From: Podarcis muralis
Taxonomy: Eukaryota
Length of the DNA: 64,000 bases
Assembly: GCF_964188315.1 (NCBI RefSeq)
Contig: NC_135660.1
Span: forward strand, 51,026,001-51,090,000
Direction of reading: 5' to 3'
Shown one piece after another: positions 48,178 through 61,506 of the stretch. Within the stretch, counting starts at the first letter, position 1; every line of letters begins with the position of its first letter. The position numbers and the translations under genes were made by a program. Below the pieces are notes generated by a model that saw nothing but the letters and a program-made list of their open reading frames with translations, was not told the DNA's origin and did not search any database.

Positions 48178-51100
48178 AGTTTGCTCCAAAGAACACTGCT
48201 AATTACAACACTATTTCAAATCACAAACAAACTTTCTATCAGATATGTTGCAACCCTGGCACATGGGACCATCTCCCTGCTACCTTCCTAGGTCTCCATG
48301 AAAAGGGGAAAGACTCTAGCAAAGCTATCAAGGTGTCATTAAACCAGCCATCCTTAGTTTAACTAAGCACATTAGGTGCAACCTGTATACAGCACAACAG
48401 ATAATTTCATCAGGAACAAAGCTACACAGCAAAACCGTCTTCAGTTACTTTTCAGCTTAGGAGATAAAATGGTTCATAATAACAACATCAGCAAAAAATA
48501 GTAAATTGTTTTTCCCTGTAAAGTACAGTATAGCGTCTGTAGTTAGAGGAAATAAAGATACATGCCCACTTGTTTTACTTCTGTAAAGCAAAAAAATTCA
48601 GGGTGGGGTGGGGGGTGGGGAGTTAGCTTCCAGACTGAGATGTAACATGCCAAGTTTCAAATTGGAAGAGTACATTTTACTGCTGAGTTATAAACCTGTA
48701 AAAAGGGGTTATAATGGAAAAGCTGGCATAGACTTTTGTACTATAAAGTAGCAGTGTATCACTAAATCACAGGCAATGGAAAGAATATATATAAAATTCT
48801 GTGCAGAGAGCATGATACCCAGTAATTATATCCTGAGGGACAAATCCTTTCTTTTTTGCCCCAATCTTACAGGACAAAGAGAAACTGGTGTAATTCTAGT
48901 GCAAGAAAAATTAATGTCTCTAATAATGGCTTGCACACTAAGCTAGTGTACTGTGCTGATGAGAAAATCAAGAGATAATGTTGCATTAATTCAAAGCAGG
49001 ATTTCAAGAGCAAGGAACTGTATATAGGCTGAATTACTATATCTTCCCAGTTAAAAACAGAACTTTTAACTTCTACATTTATATTTTGATTTCTAATTTT
49101 GATGTTCAAGTTTGAAATTTAGCAAAATTGAATGTAATTTGGGCAACGTTTTGCAAAGTATCTTCCAATTGGAATACAGATGTCAATGATAACATTAATA
49201 TGGTTAATATGAAAGATTCAGAAATGTAATTATTGAATAAGCACTGGTGAAACTGATAGGGATTTCCAGTGCGCCACTACTTTGCCTTGAAGCCATACAT
49301 TACTACAGAATTCAGAATTCAGAGAGAGAATGTGTAATTACTTTTTTTATATATCCAGTTGTCTTTCTGAACTTTTCACCACAACCCTTAACAGTGTGGC
49401 ATGCAGATTCCAACAAAACTAATGACTCCATTGCTTTGATTGAATCTCCTAGTGTGGAATTCAGTTACAACCCCCCCCCCCAAGTCTTTTTGTGGGGGTG
49501 GTTACATTAAAAAGCAAAACCTGACTTTTGATTTTTTTTTTTAATATAATTTGTCAAGTATGATCAAACAACATCAAACAACTGAAACTAAATTTGATTA
49601 AAACCCTACTTCTTATACATTAGAAACAAAATAGTAACTTTGTGAGCGGAATCCACAGTCCCCGCCCCCCAAGTCGTGCTTCCTCTCCCCCGGACACACT
49701 CTCCACGAGTACCTTAAGAACTGTAACGATGCCTCTTGCTTGTCTTATGGTGGGTGGAGAGAAATGGGTGTGCATAGAATCCTCTGACTTTTGTGTGGAT
49801 GAAATGCAGCTTCCTGTGCAAGGGTTAGAATTACATCCCTTGCTCCACCGACTTTCCCTCTTTACCTGGTCCACCACTGGAACGGGGCCTCCAGAAGGAT
49901 GTCCAATCCTGTTTTAGCCAGTGGTCTTCAAACTGTACCCCCCCCCCCATTTTTATTTGGAGGGGGTAAATTCTTCTTGGTAGTGTCCCTAGACAGTAGG
50001 ACTTCCAGTTGACTCGGGTGGGGGTGTGTGTCCAGCATGATAGGCTTTTGTGCCTTTAACAGTGTCCTTCTGTACAGAAATCAGCAAATGTTTGCAGTAT
50101 GGGGATAAAAACCTCAAGCTGTGCTTAAAAGTCACAGCTACAGTGGCTGAGTAGTAAGTTGACAACCCTGTTAGGAAGCCTTGCAACAAAAGGCTGGAGG
50201 AAAGTATCTTCCTTTCCCCAACTATTCTCCAGCCAACCATCTCCTTGAAATATTCATAGCAAATACCACTGCATAATCCTTTGTTCTCTTGATTACAGAG
50301 ATTTACTATTCACCCAACCTGTTTTCTTAACAGTAGGACACAAACTATAAAGCGCAAAATGCACTTGAGTGTAAAAATGCAATCAGTTTAACTCTTTTGC
50401 TCTTCCTAAACACAAGCTGCATCTATCAGACTTGTCAATAGTGTTTTCTTATTAGCCCAGCGATCCAACAATACGCTGCAATATAAATTACTTTCAACTG
50501 GGAAAACAAGCAAAGTGCGTATCAGAAGCAGAGCCTGCTAAAATAAGGATTCAATTCAGCATAAAACAATTCTAGTCCACAAAGCTGAGGTGCTGTGCTA
50601 TTTAAGCTGTGGAGGCAATCAGCCTTGCACTCTTGCACTACAAAGAAGCCTGACCTTTACTTGGGTGCTGAATCAGCTGTAAGGAAAATCCACTGTTAGA
50701 GCATAAATATTATCTGTGGTCAAATTGCTTAAGAATGTAATAATCTACAGGTTTACTTGGGAGTAAGTCCTGTTTGCACCAGGTAGGTGGCACTTGCTTT
50801 CAAGAAAGGATTGGGCAATACGATTGCTTCATAAATACATACTAGTATGAAAAATATTCTGCCCAATTCAGATCATATTTTCTCAGTTATCTTAATGAAA
50901 TTATTTCAATTGGCAGCATCATGGCGCCAGACTTGCTTAACAGTTAACCTGTTGGGGCTTTGATGCACCTCCTTTTCGTTTCCAGGACATCAAAGAAAAA
51001 CAGACTGCATTTTTAAAGGATGCATGACAAAATACTGGAAAACGGAACTGTTTTTTGTTTGCTTGTTAAGAATAAAGTGAAAAATAAAATGACTGTTTTA

Positions 51101-51911
51101 CCTTTACATTTTTACCTATAAGAGTGTCCTTTTAAACACAAAATGCCCTGAATATTCTCTCTGTATTAAAAGTAGCTGGAAAAAGGAAAAGCTGCTACAA
51201 ACAGATAAAACAAATAACAAAATCTCCTCCATACAAACCCTGGATATTGTAGAGCTGTTGCTTTTAGCTAGACGTGCACCTTAGTACAGCTGTATAAAGA
51301 AATACTCTAACTTTCCCCCCAGTCCATTAAAATATGAGTGCAGTTTCTGATATACATTCAAAGCTACATTTTCAAGAATCCCTGAGTATCCAACCAAGAG
51401 ATACAGAACATATGGCCCATACGACTGTTTTTTTTTATCCATTAACTCATGTTGAAATAGTAAGACCTTCAGATTTCTATTTAAGAGAGGGAGGATTTGG
51501 GGTCCTTATGGTTGCAGTGATAAGCCTGAGAGTGAGGCTGTAAAAGAAGTGCCCTATGACTCACGGGCAGGAAAGTAAATAAAAAACTGCAATATGAAGG
51601 GGAAATGTTTTAAACCAACATTATTAGGCAATACACTTCCTTCAAAAATTTATTTCTTAAAATAACAATCCTTAAATTTCTGGTTTGACAGCAGGAATGG
51701 TGAATCTTTTTTCTATGAAGGGCTAACTCACAGGAAAATTCAACTGGAGATGGAGCCAATGGTAGGAAAATCCCCCAAGTCTCCCTCCCCTTTTCTGCCA
51801 CCCTGCGATATATTTGTTTAAGGGCAAACCGGGCAGTTGCTGGGGTGTGTGTGTGTGTGTGTGTGGCAAATTTGGGGAGGTGGCATTTGTATCACCATCA
51901 GCCATATACAC

Positions 51912-52029
51912 AGATACACAGTATCAGATATACAGTATCTGAAGAAGTGTGCATGCACACGAAAGCTCATACCAAGAACTAACTTAGTTGGTCTTTAAGG
52001 TGCTACTGGAAGGAATTTTTTTTTGTTTT
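51912..52029 (+). mobile_element. Penelope-like element terminal fragment (118 bp) with 12-bp TSD
   Basis: AGCCATATACAC duplicated at 51900-51911 and 52030-52041; contains CTGAAGA...GAAAGCTC and TAAGGTGCTAC motifs of reptile Penelope pLTRs. Confidence 0.8.
51935..51972 (+). ncRNA. Minimal type I hammerhead ribozyme motif
   Basis: GUAU-CUGAAGA-A-GUGUG(CAUG)CACAC-GAAA-GC-UC/AUAC: core, stem II, stem I and palindromic AGCU stem III all present. Confidence 0.7.
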
Positions 52030-52869
52030 AGCCATATACACCGTACATCACCTGTGACATCTGGGCTAGGATGAGCAGGCTTGATCCTGGATTGGGCAGG
52101 AAGGAAAAGGTCTGAGAGGTCTGTTTCTAGGGTTCAAAGGGAAACGGTGGTGGTGGTGGGAGATCCACTCGGATCAGACCTGGAAACTGCCAGATAAAAG
52201 AGCAAGTTGCTGCCTTTTGCTGCCGATCATTCCTACTGGCTGAAGTGCTTTGTAGGGCAGCTGGTGAGATCTGCAACTGCCAGGGAAGAAGCTGGGGGCG
52301 GGCAGTATTGGTGGCTTCAGGATCAAGGTGAGATCAAAGCAAGGGCCCCCTCTCAGCCTAGTAAAAGGGGACACCATCCAGGCAGGGGCTGGCCCCAGTG
52401 ATCACACCCATCCTTCTGGCTACCACTCAAAAATGGCACCTCCTTCCCTAACATTGCTAGTTGTTGTGCAAGGGCACTCCTGGGGAGGCCTCACCCCTTC
52501 TGTGCTTTGGCACACACATGCTCACACCACACACATGCTTGACTCTACTCAATACAAACCTACTTCACCCTTCCTTTCCTTGTGTAGAAGTTATTGTTGA
52601 AGCTGAGGCAAAGGATGAATAGAGTACAAAAGTGCCAATGGTGGAAGCTCAGTGATGTCAGAAGTGTCTTCTTCTATTCTGCTTTCAACAGCATCCAGAC
52701 ACAGCCTGCTCCCACCCTTACATTGTGTGCTGGCCAAAGCTCTCTATTAGATGCTTGGGGGAGGTCGGGGGAACAGAAATGGAGAATGGCATGAGAGGGC
52801 CTGGTCTGGTACTACAGCTGCCAAGGAGGTAAATGAGGTGGAAGCAGCTGTCAAGAGAGACTTGGGCCC

Positions 52870-53095
52870 CACCTGCACCATACATTCAAAGTTGCATCAT
52901 ACCACTTTCAACAGTCATGGATTCCCCTAAAGAATCCTGGGAACTGAGAGTTGTCAGGGTGCTGAGAGTTGTCAGAACACCCTTATTCCTCTCACTGAAT
53001 TACAATTCCCAGAGTCCCCTGGAAAGAGGGACTGACTGTTAAACCACTCTGGGAATTGTAGCTCTGTGGGGCAGATAGGGGTTTTTATACTATTC
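52870..53095. mobile_element. Non-autonomous DNA element, same family as 34440-34615
   Basis: Shared motifs, see the 34440 entry. Confidence 0.65.
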
Positions 53096-55504
53096 CTGCT
53101 AATCAACCTTGACTCTCTCCCTTTGTGCAGGGTCAGCAAATAACTTTCTAACCATGGCATGCCTTTTCCCACAACTACCACCTTTCCCCCCATGTCACAT
53201 AAATTTTCTGTGCTACTTCTCTGGCTAACAAATTCATGCTCTGTAATCTTCTAGTCTTGGTTGCCATTTGCTTCTCACCCCAAAACACTACTGTTGCCTT
53301 TTTTTTCATTTGATGGACTTTCATATTGTAATTAATCTTTTCCGCTGTCTTTTGCAGACTTCTGTTCTATCTGGCAAGTTCTGCTTTTCTAAAAGCACCT
53401 TCGAAAGTAGGGCATAGTTCAAAACTGACAAGCTAGACACACAAACCCATTCTTTTGATCAATTCCAATGCTTAAACCTTTGCTAAGGTGCAGATATTTG
53501 GGTCAGGGAGCCTTGGATAGGGTATGTGTGGCAAATCAGCCAAAGCTGATTCCTCTCTTCTCTTTGCGTAGCTGTGAATGTGTCCAAAGACAGCAGACTG
53601 ATTCAAAGTGTGAATTCCATGTCATTCATGGTTCTATCTACAACATCTTGTGGCCAGTGCTAAGATGCCACCTGCTCTCCTCTCTCTGGCAGCAGCTTAA
53701 CATTAGAGAGCAGAACTCATCAGATATTGATTTATCAATTTAAAATATGTGTCCTGGTAACAGCCTTTCAGTGTGATGTACTCACCAGCTAAGGATGAGC
53801 TTCCTTTTTCAGTCACTCATTTGTTTGATTCAAATAAACTCTTAGAGCTTTACGCCTCCTATTTTTAGTGGATATTATGCCATTCTCATAATGTGACCTT
53901 AAAAAAATTGATTTGCCTCCAGCTAACACTTTTTTTCTGCATAAAGAAGGGCAAAGAAGAAAACAGAACAGTAAAAGCATTTGTGGAATCCCTTTTTGCT
54001 AGCTTAATAACTCAGCAGCTTAGGCTGACTGGTTTTTTTTTTTTTATTTCATATATAAAACTGAACAGTCACTTTGCAATAATGCCAGTTGCTTTGGATT
54101 TTAGTATTGCAGCTCCTTCCACCATCAAGGCGTGACGATGACTAGAAACACCTTCAGGCTTGGAGTTGTTTGTCCATTTCTGCAGAGCTATATTTGTCTG
54201 TGGACCAAAAGTTTTGGATATGTAGGTGCAAACTAGGCATGAGTGCAGCCCTCTGCACTACCACCAATGCCCCAAAGTAGATTCTTCCTGCATAACTTCC
54301 AGAATTTGTAGTACTTCCCATCTAAGGTAATTCCCCTGCCACCTCTGTTCTTAAGGCCAAACTACATGTGATGTTAAATGCAACACAAATGCATTTTCAA
54401 ATTTGCAGGTAGCAACCACTGGTGGCGGTGGGATGATAATTATACAAATTCTCCTCTGCACTGGGTCCTGCTGAAAATCACACTTAAAAACCTATCAAAT
54501 TCCCACTCCCTCCCTGCTGCGATCTTGCTAATTATCAGCCCCCATCAGTTGCTTTTTTAAAAAGAGTACATTAAACGCAAATACACTTTTCATGTCGCTC
54601 CAAGCCTGGCCCTCAAAGTTCTAAAAATTATATTCCCTCACTACTTTCCTGTCTTTTCCCAACTTCACAGCACCTTCCCATTTTCACTTGTTTTTCATTA
54701 GTTATTGTCGTCCACTAATCTCCATTTTCTTATGCCTCTTTTCAATCTTATCACATCAGTTCCTGTCAAAAAGTCAAGGTCTGCTCTATAATCAGAAACA
54801 CCCAAGTTTGTACTTGGAATAAATTTACTTAATTTTCCTTGCAATGTGCATATAGAATGTGGGTTTCCTACTGACGAGCATGAATTCTTTTTTGGCACTG
54901 ACTATACACAGCCCTAATTATAATCTACCCATAATAACATTATTAAAACTTGCCAGTATTCAGTCAAGCTATCACCCCCAGTGTCATAATTTGGACAGCT
55001 ATAAAGTAATGTTTAGTGAGCTTTATAATTTTAATTTAATGAATCTGAATATCAACCATTGAAATGGTATCAATGATATATATTCAACCCTTTTTAAAAA
55101 AATAAATGAAAAGTGTTCTGTAAATCAAAGCACTGAAGTAATTGTCCTTTTGGTACAACAGCATGGTACAATACAACTTGATGGGTCCATTGCTGTTGGC
55201 GTTTATCCAATTTCTTGCATGTCAACTGGAGAATAATTAGATGTGTTCTGTTTCACGGCCAAGACATGAGTCTGGAAGAAAGCCGGTGGTTTCACAGAAC
55301 ATATGTTGGTGCTGAGAGCCATACTTCTATGCAACATGCTTAAATTGTGTTAAGCCTATTCTCACATTAAGACGTGCAACTAGGAGTATCAGTCACTAGC
55401 TCTTCTGTTTGCTTCACTTCTGGTTTCAAGTCTCAGTTATCTCAAGGAATTTACAGGGCAGTGAAGGGAATACTGAGAAGTCAGAGATGAAGTTGAAGGG
55501 AATA

Positions 55505-55668
55505 GCCATAGCTCAGTGGTAGAATTTTGCATGCAGAAGGTCTTGGGTTGAAACCTTGGCATATTCAGGTAGGACTGGAAGAGACCCCTGGAGACCCAAT
55601 GCCAGTCAGTGGAGACAATACTGAGCTATATGGACCAATGATTTAACATGGTAAAAGGTAGCTTCCTA
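55505..55668 (+). mobile_element. tRNA-derived SINE (Squam3-type)
   Basis: GCCATAGCTCAGTGGTAGA A-box head, GGGTTGAAACC B-box, tail GTAGCTTCCTA. Confidence 0.8.
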
Positions 55669-57039
55669 GGAGAGCTCCTACCACTGACTTCTTACTATGG
55701 TTGCGTTCACGCACAATGCTAAGCCAGACATGGTTTTGTGCAAACATCCTGGCTCCTGAGGAAGAGATTGCAGCTGCTTTGCTCTTCCATATGCTTTTTA
55801 GGTCAGCGCAACATCTAAGCTACTTACAGTATCATCTGTGGTTAAGGAGCAGGTCTGTCCTCCTTAATTGCAACCTGTAGCCAAGGTTTTTCTTATATGG
55901 TTAAGGTGGAGAGACCTTAACCATGATCCTGTGTTCAGACTACACGCTCATCCAAACCTTGGCTTTGCTGCTGTCCTGCGCTGATTTAAACAGTGCAGGG
56001 AGGTCTCCAAGCCAGGGGTGTGTTGATCCCAATCTAGCTACAGTTTGAGAAACAGGTTACTCTCAGTCCATTATTCTGCAGAATGGTTGTAACAGGGTGA
56101 GCACATCTGAACAGAGTAGTTTTTATAACTGAGCCAGTATCGTGCTAATGTGAGATAGCACTGTATGCAATGCTGGATTTACTTAATTCTCCTTCTATAG
56201 ACAAGGTGGCTGGGACACTGAGAGAATTGTTGCAGAACAGGGTGTAAAAGCAATTCTACGAAGAGATCATAATTATTCAGAAATTAGCACCAGTAATGTC
56301 AGTGGGCCTGAAGATCTGATTACTAGGCTCTAAGTATTGCCATTTCCCTTGTATAACTTCCTAATATCTTCCGGTGAATTAAAAACTATAATGCAACATA
56401 TTTTCCCCCCACAATTGAAATCTCACTTAACAAAAAACCAATTATAACATCTCTCTGATAATTATGCAGTACATTTCACAAAAGTATGAAGCCCCGGTTA
56501 TCAGATTATATTCTAATTATCAGATTATGCAAAATTATGTTCACAGGAAATAAATGTGTTATGTTTTGGCTACATAAATGAGTGAAATTATAGAAAGCTG
56601 CCAAGAAGAGAATATTCAGCATAAACCACGTATGTCCAGTCATAATTTCATGAGACAAGATTTAACTGCTAAAATGAGTAGGGGGAAAAAACTATATTGT
56701 GCTTCATTCGCTGTGTTTTTGTGGAACAGCATTAACAATGCAATCTTATGTGTGTATTTGAAAGAAACCCTCAGTGTATTTCTAGCACAGTTTTCACCAG
56801 CTCCCATCAGTCCCAATCAAAATTCCAGAAAACTGAGTAACATTCAACAAAAATCACTATATACAAATACTTTTATACTAAGGGACTAACTATACATTAC
56901 ATTACTTGCATATCTTGCGGCAACCAGGATAACTTTTAAGAAATAATAATCCTAGATGTTGGGGGAGGTGATCTTCACTGAGAGTGCACAGTGCAGGGAG
57001 GGAATATTTATGCCTTTGCTTGCCAGCCACTATCCCAAC

Positions 57040-57320
57040 AAACATCCCTGTTATACTATGGGATATGTTCCCACAATATGTAGTGCTGGCCACCAACTTG
57101 GATGGCTTTTGAAAGGATTTGACAAATTCATGAATGATAGGGATATCAATGGCTACTAGCCATGACTGCAATCAGAGGCAGTATACCACTGAATACCTGT
57201 TCTTGGGAATCACATGTGTGGAGAGCACTGTTGGACTCATCTGTTTGTGGGCTTCATTGTGAGAACAGAATGCTGTATTAAATGACCAACTGGCTTATTC
57301 TACCAGGGATCTTATGATGC
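57040..57320 (+). mobile_element. CR1 LINE 3' end
   Basis: GCCACCAACTTGGATGGCTTTTGAAAGGATTTGACAAATTCATG (ATNLDGF...DKFM, the CR1 ORF2 end) followed by a 3' UTR. Confidence 0.8.
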
Positions 57321-59934
57321 TGTCATACTACAGTTACACTTTGTGTCCCATTGGTGTCAGTGGCTCTATTTTCCCAAGGCTAACTGCATCATGGGAGGAC
57401 TCTCTTGCCAGGATTATGGGCAGGGAGGGAAGGGTTAAACTGAATGAAGGTTGTGCATGTTCAGAATTTCATTCCAAGCCTGATACCTAGTATGGCAATT
57501 ACAGCCCAACAAATCAGTTTGGGGAGAAGTTGCCTCAAACACAGATGACCCCAAATGCCATGTTGAGGAACACAGCCTTTGCACAATGCTGAAGGCAACT
57601 ATAAAGGGTTGGAATGTATCTCCCCACAAGGAAGTTCCAGAGCTTCACTGCCATTGAAGGGATGGCCTTTACGCAGGTAACATTCCCCACAACTGTAATT
57701 TAAATAACAAGGAGACCCAGTGCCAGGTCTCCAAGGAAGATCAAAGCACGTACTCTACCACTCAACTCTCTTTTTTAGATACCACACAACCACTCTAAGA
57801 AAATTACCTGCAAGGAATAAAACTACAATAGGAATATCGTATTAATCATTTATACATTATGATGTCCTCCGAAACACAGCACTGCGTTCAGACACCCCAA
57901 TTTAAGAACCTGGTACAAAATGGTGTAATAATAGGCACTGGTGAAGATAGGAGTGAAGGCCAATCTATTTGCAGTCCTCACTAAAGCCCCAGGAGGCTGG
58001 GATGGTTTGAGCCAATTCAGCTATTATTGCACCAGCTGAAATATATAGAATCTCACTGTGTAAAGAAGGAATAAACAGCATTCCAAGTTCTCATTGATTT
58101 TAAAGTCAAGATACTAAAATGGGTGACAGTTCATTGTGTTCCAGAAACCAAATAATAGATGGAAGCAGGGGAGGGGAGGGAATGTGTGGAGAACAGTCTA
58201 AAGGTAATGCAGAGATCTATTATTCAGGTGAGGCAACTGATTAGAACACCTAGGAATAAAAAGTCAGTGGGGAATGAAATAAATGTGATTTATTTCTAGT
58301 CTTTGATTATAAATGCACGCTGAATATTATAGGCAAAGTGAGAAGACAGGTTAAAAGCAGAATAAAAATATATTTATGTTCAGAACTTTAGCACTGCTAA
58401 TGCCTTTTATTAAGAGCATATGTTAAACACTTCAGTTAAATGGCTGTGTTTGACTTATTTTCTTACGAACAAGATTTGACTGCTGTAAAGGTTCAGGCAT
58501 ATTGTTGAGGAAGTGGCAAGATACAGCTCCTCTATATGTGCTGTCCTTGCAGGTTGTGATGAAGTAATTCCAACATATGGTGTGAAATGAATGCTTCTGA
58601 GTTTTTCATTATTATGTTTGAAACACTCACAGGCTCCTCCACATCTTTATCATTTATTATTGTGGAAATAAAACTATGCCCATGTTACTCTTCTTCCCCC
58701 TCTTTTCTTTTTTTAATGAAAGACGTTTAATTTCATACCTAGTACTTAAGGCTTTTGACATTTTTTTAAAAAACCCAAAACATCTCAAAGGTATTATTCT
58801 AAGGAAAATTTTATTTTTATGCACATGGCCTGGAGCATGAGATAACTAGGCAAGAAGAAACCATTCATTTTAAAGCAGTTGTATGGAATGCTATTGTACT
58901 ACTCCCAGAGAACGAAGGAGAAAATTCAGGAAGAATATGGGTGGGTTTTTAATTTTTAATTTCCTCACAGAAGCTTCTTTATTGTGCAGACAAATGCAAG
59001 CAATTCTCACCAGTTGTTCCTTATCCCTGCCCTGGTATAACGGAAAGCAGTCCTTCATCCAAGGGGATGAAGTTCTGCATGTATAATTCTCTACTGGCAG
59101 CGTCAGGCTGAGTATGGCTTCAGACTCTCATATTTGCTGGGAAAGTGTCTCCTTCATTTCTACTTGCTTGCAACAGGGGACTCAGAGGTACAGAGGGAGG
59201 TGCATGTGTTCTATTTTAGATGTTACATTGTGTGAGGATTAGACATAATACTGGGGCAGCATTGATAACCCATATGCTACCATGAATGCACTTTGTCCAC
59301 ACAATCATCACTATTCTTGAGGCTCTCTTCTGTAGGCCAGGATGATCTGAGGACTTTGCATGATAGTTTTGTGAATTACAGAAGCTTTCCATGTCTGGCA
59401 AGTAGTCCATAACCAGTGGGACCTGTACCAAAAATGGTGGCAGTCTGGAGTCTTTCTTGAGTATTCCATTCCATCGGCCAGGCCTCCTTCCATTTCACCT
59501 CTCATTCCCAACAGTCAGCAGTCCAAGCCCTCTGAACATGCTCAGTTCTCATTGTCTTGCTTTGGAGGTTTTGCCCATTTAGGTTCCCCCCACAAGGCTT
59601 TTTGGAATTTTGTAAATCTTGGGCTTATCCCAAGCATGCTTTTTTGTGGTTGGTGTGGTGCCATTTTGGCTGCATAAGTAATGGCCTTTGGAGAACAGAG
59701 TTTCCCATTAATTGGTATACACAAGTGGGGCCAGCAGCAAAATGTTGCAGTGTGATGTTCTGCCATTCAGGATTCTAGCCTTTCTATTCCATTCTCCTCT
59801 TTTACCTTTCCCCTCTAACAGTCAGCCAGTGTTCTGTGGCCAATGCTCAGGCCTCATTGGGCTGCTGTGAAGCTGCCCCACCCTTAAGCCTTCTTTTTTA
59901 CTTCCTCAAGTCTCCTATCTTCCTCTTGGGCATA

Positions 59935-61206
59935 CCGTAATTTTCGCTCCATAACACGCACTTTTTTGCTCCTAGAAAGTAAGGGAAAATGCCTGTGCGT
60001 GTTACGGAGCGAATGCACTGGATCGGAGCCGTGGCTGCCGTCAGTCAAGCAAAGCGGGAGCCGCTTGCAGGGCTTTGCACAGCTCTAGCTTTGCGGGAGG
60101 TAGTGGAGGACAGAGGTGCCTGGCGTGCTCTGGTCCATGGGGTCACGAAGAGTCGGACACGACTAAACGACTAAACAACAACAACAGCTTTGCTTCCTTA
60201 AAAGCCAGGAGGAGGGGCTCCTTTGCTTGCTTTAAAGCTACCTACGAGGGAGGAGGAGGAGAGAGGAGGAGGAGGGGAGGAGGGAGGGAGGGAAGGAGAG
60301 CCATGGCAGCAAAGCGGGCAGCAGCCGCTTACACGGGAGGAGGGACAGACGGGACCATAGCGAGCCGGGAGAAGGCAGGCGCTTCAAAGCTAGCAGGCGC
60401 TTTTAAAGTAGCCAGCAACAGCTGCTGCAGCCTCAGCTAGCAAAGGTCCGCGCGCTCAGTGAGGCTGCAGAGGGACAGGAGGGCTTCGATCAGGAAGGAT
60501 AAAATTTAAGCAACCAGCAGCAAAAAAAACCAACCTGGAGCTCTGAGCCACGAGCGCAGTGAAAACCAGGAAGTAAAAAAAAAAGGCTATCCCCCCGCTT
60601 CTCAGCTGTTTTCAGGCAGGATAGATTTGAGCGTTGTCTGGGTCCTAGTGCCCCTACCGTTTTTTTGTGCTCCATTCTATTGCTGCTGGTGGCTGCTTAT
60701 CATTCAGGCTGCAAGGAGGAGCGCTTTTACACAGCTAATGGCGAATCCCCTGCAATCCAAGTCCTCCTCACTTGCTCAAATCTATTCTGCCTCAAAACAA
60801 GGAGCAGAAGGAAAAGGCTGCAAACTGTTAAATGGGGAAAAAAACCCCAGGCACAGGGCAAATACCTTAAGTATACCTTTAAAGCAACAGTGTTCTTTCC
60901 CTCCTCGCTCAGCTCACAGAAAAGCTCCTTCTCCACACCCCCCACGCGTGCTCCTTGTCCATTGAGTGCTTTTCCTTCCCTCCCCACTTAAAACGTGGTT
61001 ACAAAGCACGGATCCACATGGATCCTCAGGATTTTTGCACTGGGTCACCCCAAACTCACCATCAGATCACATGTCTGTGGCCACAGCATGAACCACAAAA
61101 GTCATACATCTACTGTTTCGTTTAGAATATTTTTTTCCTTGTTTTCCTCCTCTAAAAACTACGTGCGTGTTATGGTCAGGTGCGTGTTATCGAGCGAAAA
61201 ATACGG
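59935..61206. mobile_element. Tc2/Kanga-like (Tc1/mariner superfamily) non-autonomous element, 1272 bp, GC-rich interior
   Basis: TA at 59933-59934 and 61207-61208; 27-bp TIRs CCGTAATTTTCGCTCCATAACACGCAC vs CCGTATTTTTCGCTCGATAACACGCAC (25/27); extra GTGCGTGTTA subterminal copies near 59996 and 61163; no transposase ORF. Confidence 0.85.
60095..60185 (+). mobile_element. BovB/RTE LINE extreme 3' end (91 bp) with 8-bp TSD, nested in the Tc2-like element
   Basis: Encodes EVVEDRGAWRALVHGVTKSRTRLND*; (CAA)n tail; AGCTTTGC duplicated at 60087-60094 and 60186-60193. Confidence 0.9.
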
Positions 61207-61506
61207 TATATGATATCATTCTGGCTACATAAAGACTGCTACATGGATAACTTGAGTTCACTATTAGCTTGTGTGATTATTACCTGGCTCTGCCTCATTA
61301 ACCAAGCCCCCGATCTTACTATGGGGAGAGATCTGTTCAGATCATGCAGCTAAATCCTAGGCAGAGTTGGAAGCAAGTCCCACTGAGTTCAAAAGTGCTT
61401 ACTCCCAAGGAAGCGTACACAGGATTGCAGTGGAGCCTTTGTTCCCAGCATTTAAGAAGACTGATGAACACACAACCCCTATGTTAAAAACAGAGAAAAA
61501 CGAATA

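Noticed and set aside
49820-49910. Possible 43-nt minus-strand exon ending CAG|GTAAAG
   Set aside because: No polypyrimidine tract; the upstream flank is the end of a hAT-type MITE
60303-60440. MAAKRAAAAY... as the first coding exon of a host gene
   Set aside because: Stops after 45 codons with no donor, matches no protein I recognise, and lies inside transposon TIRs
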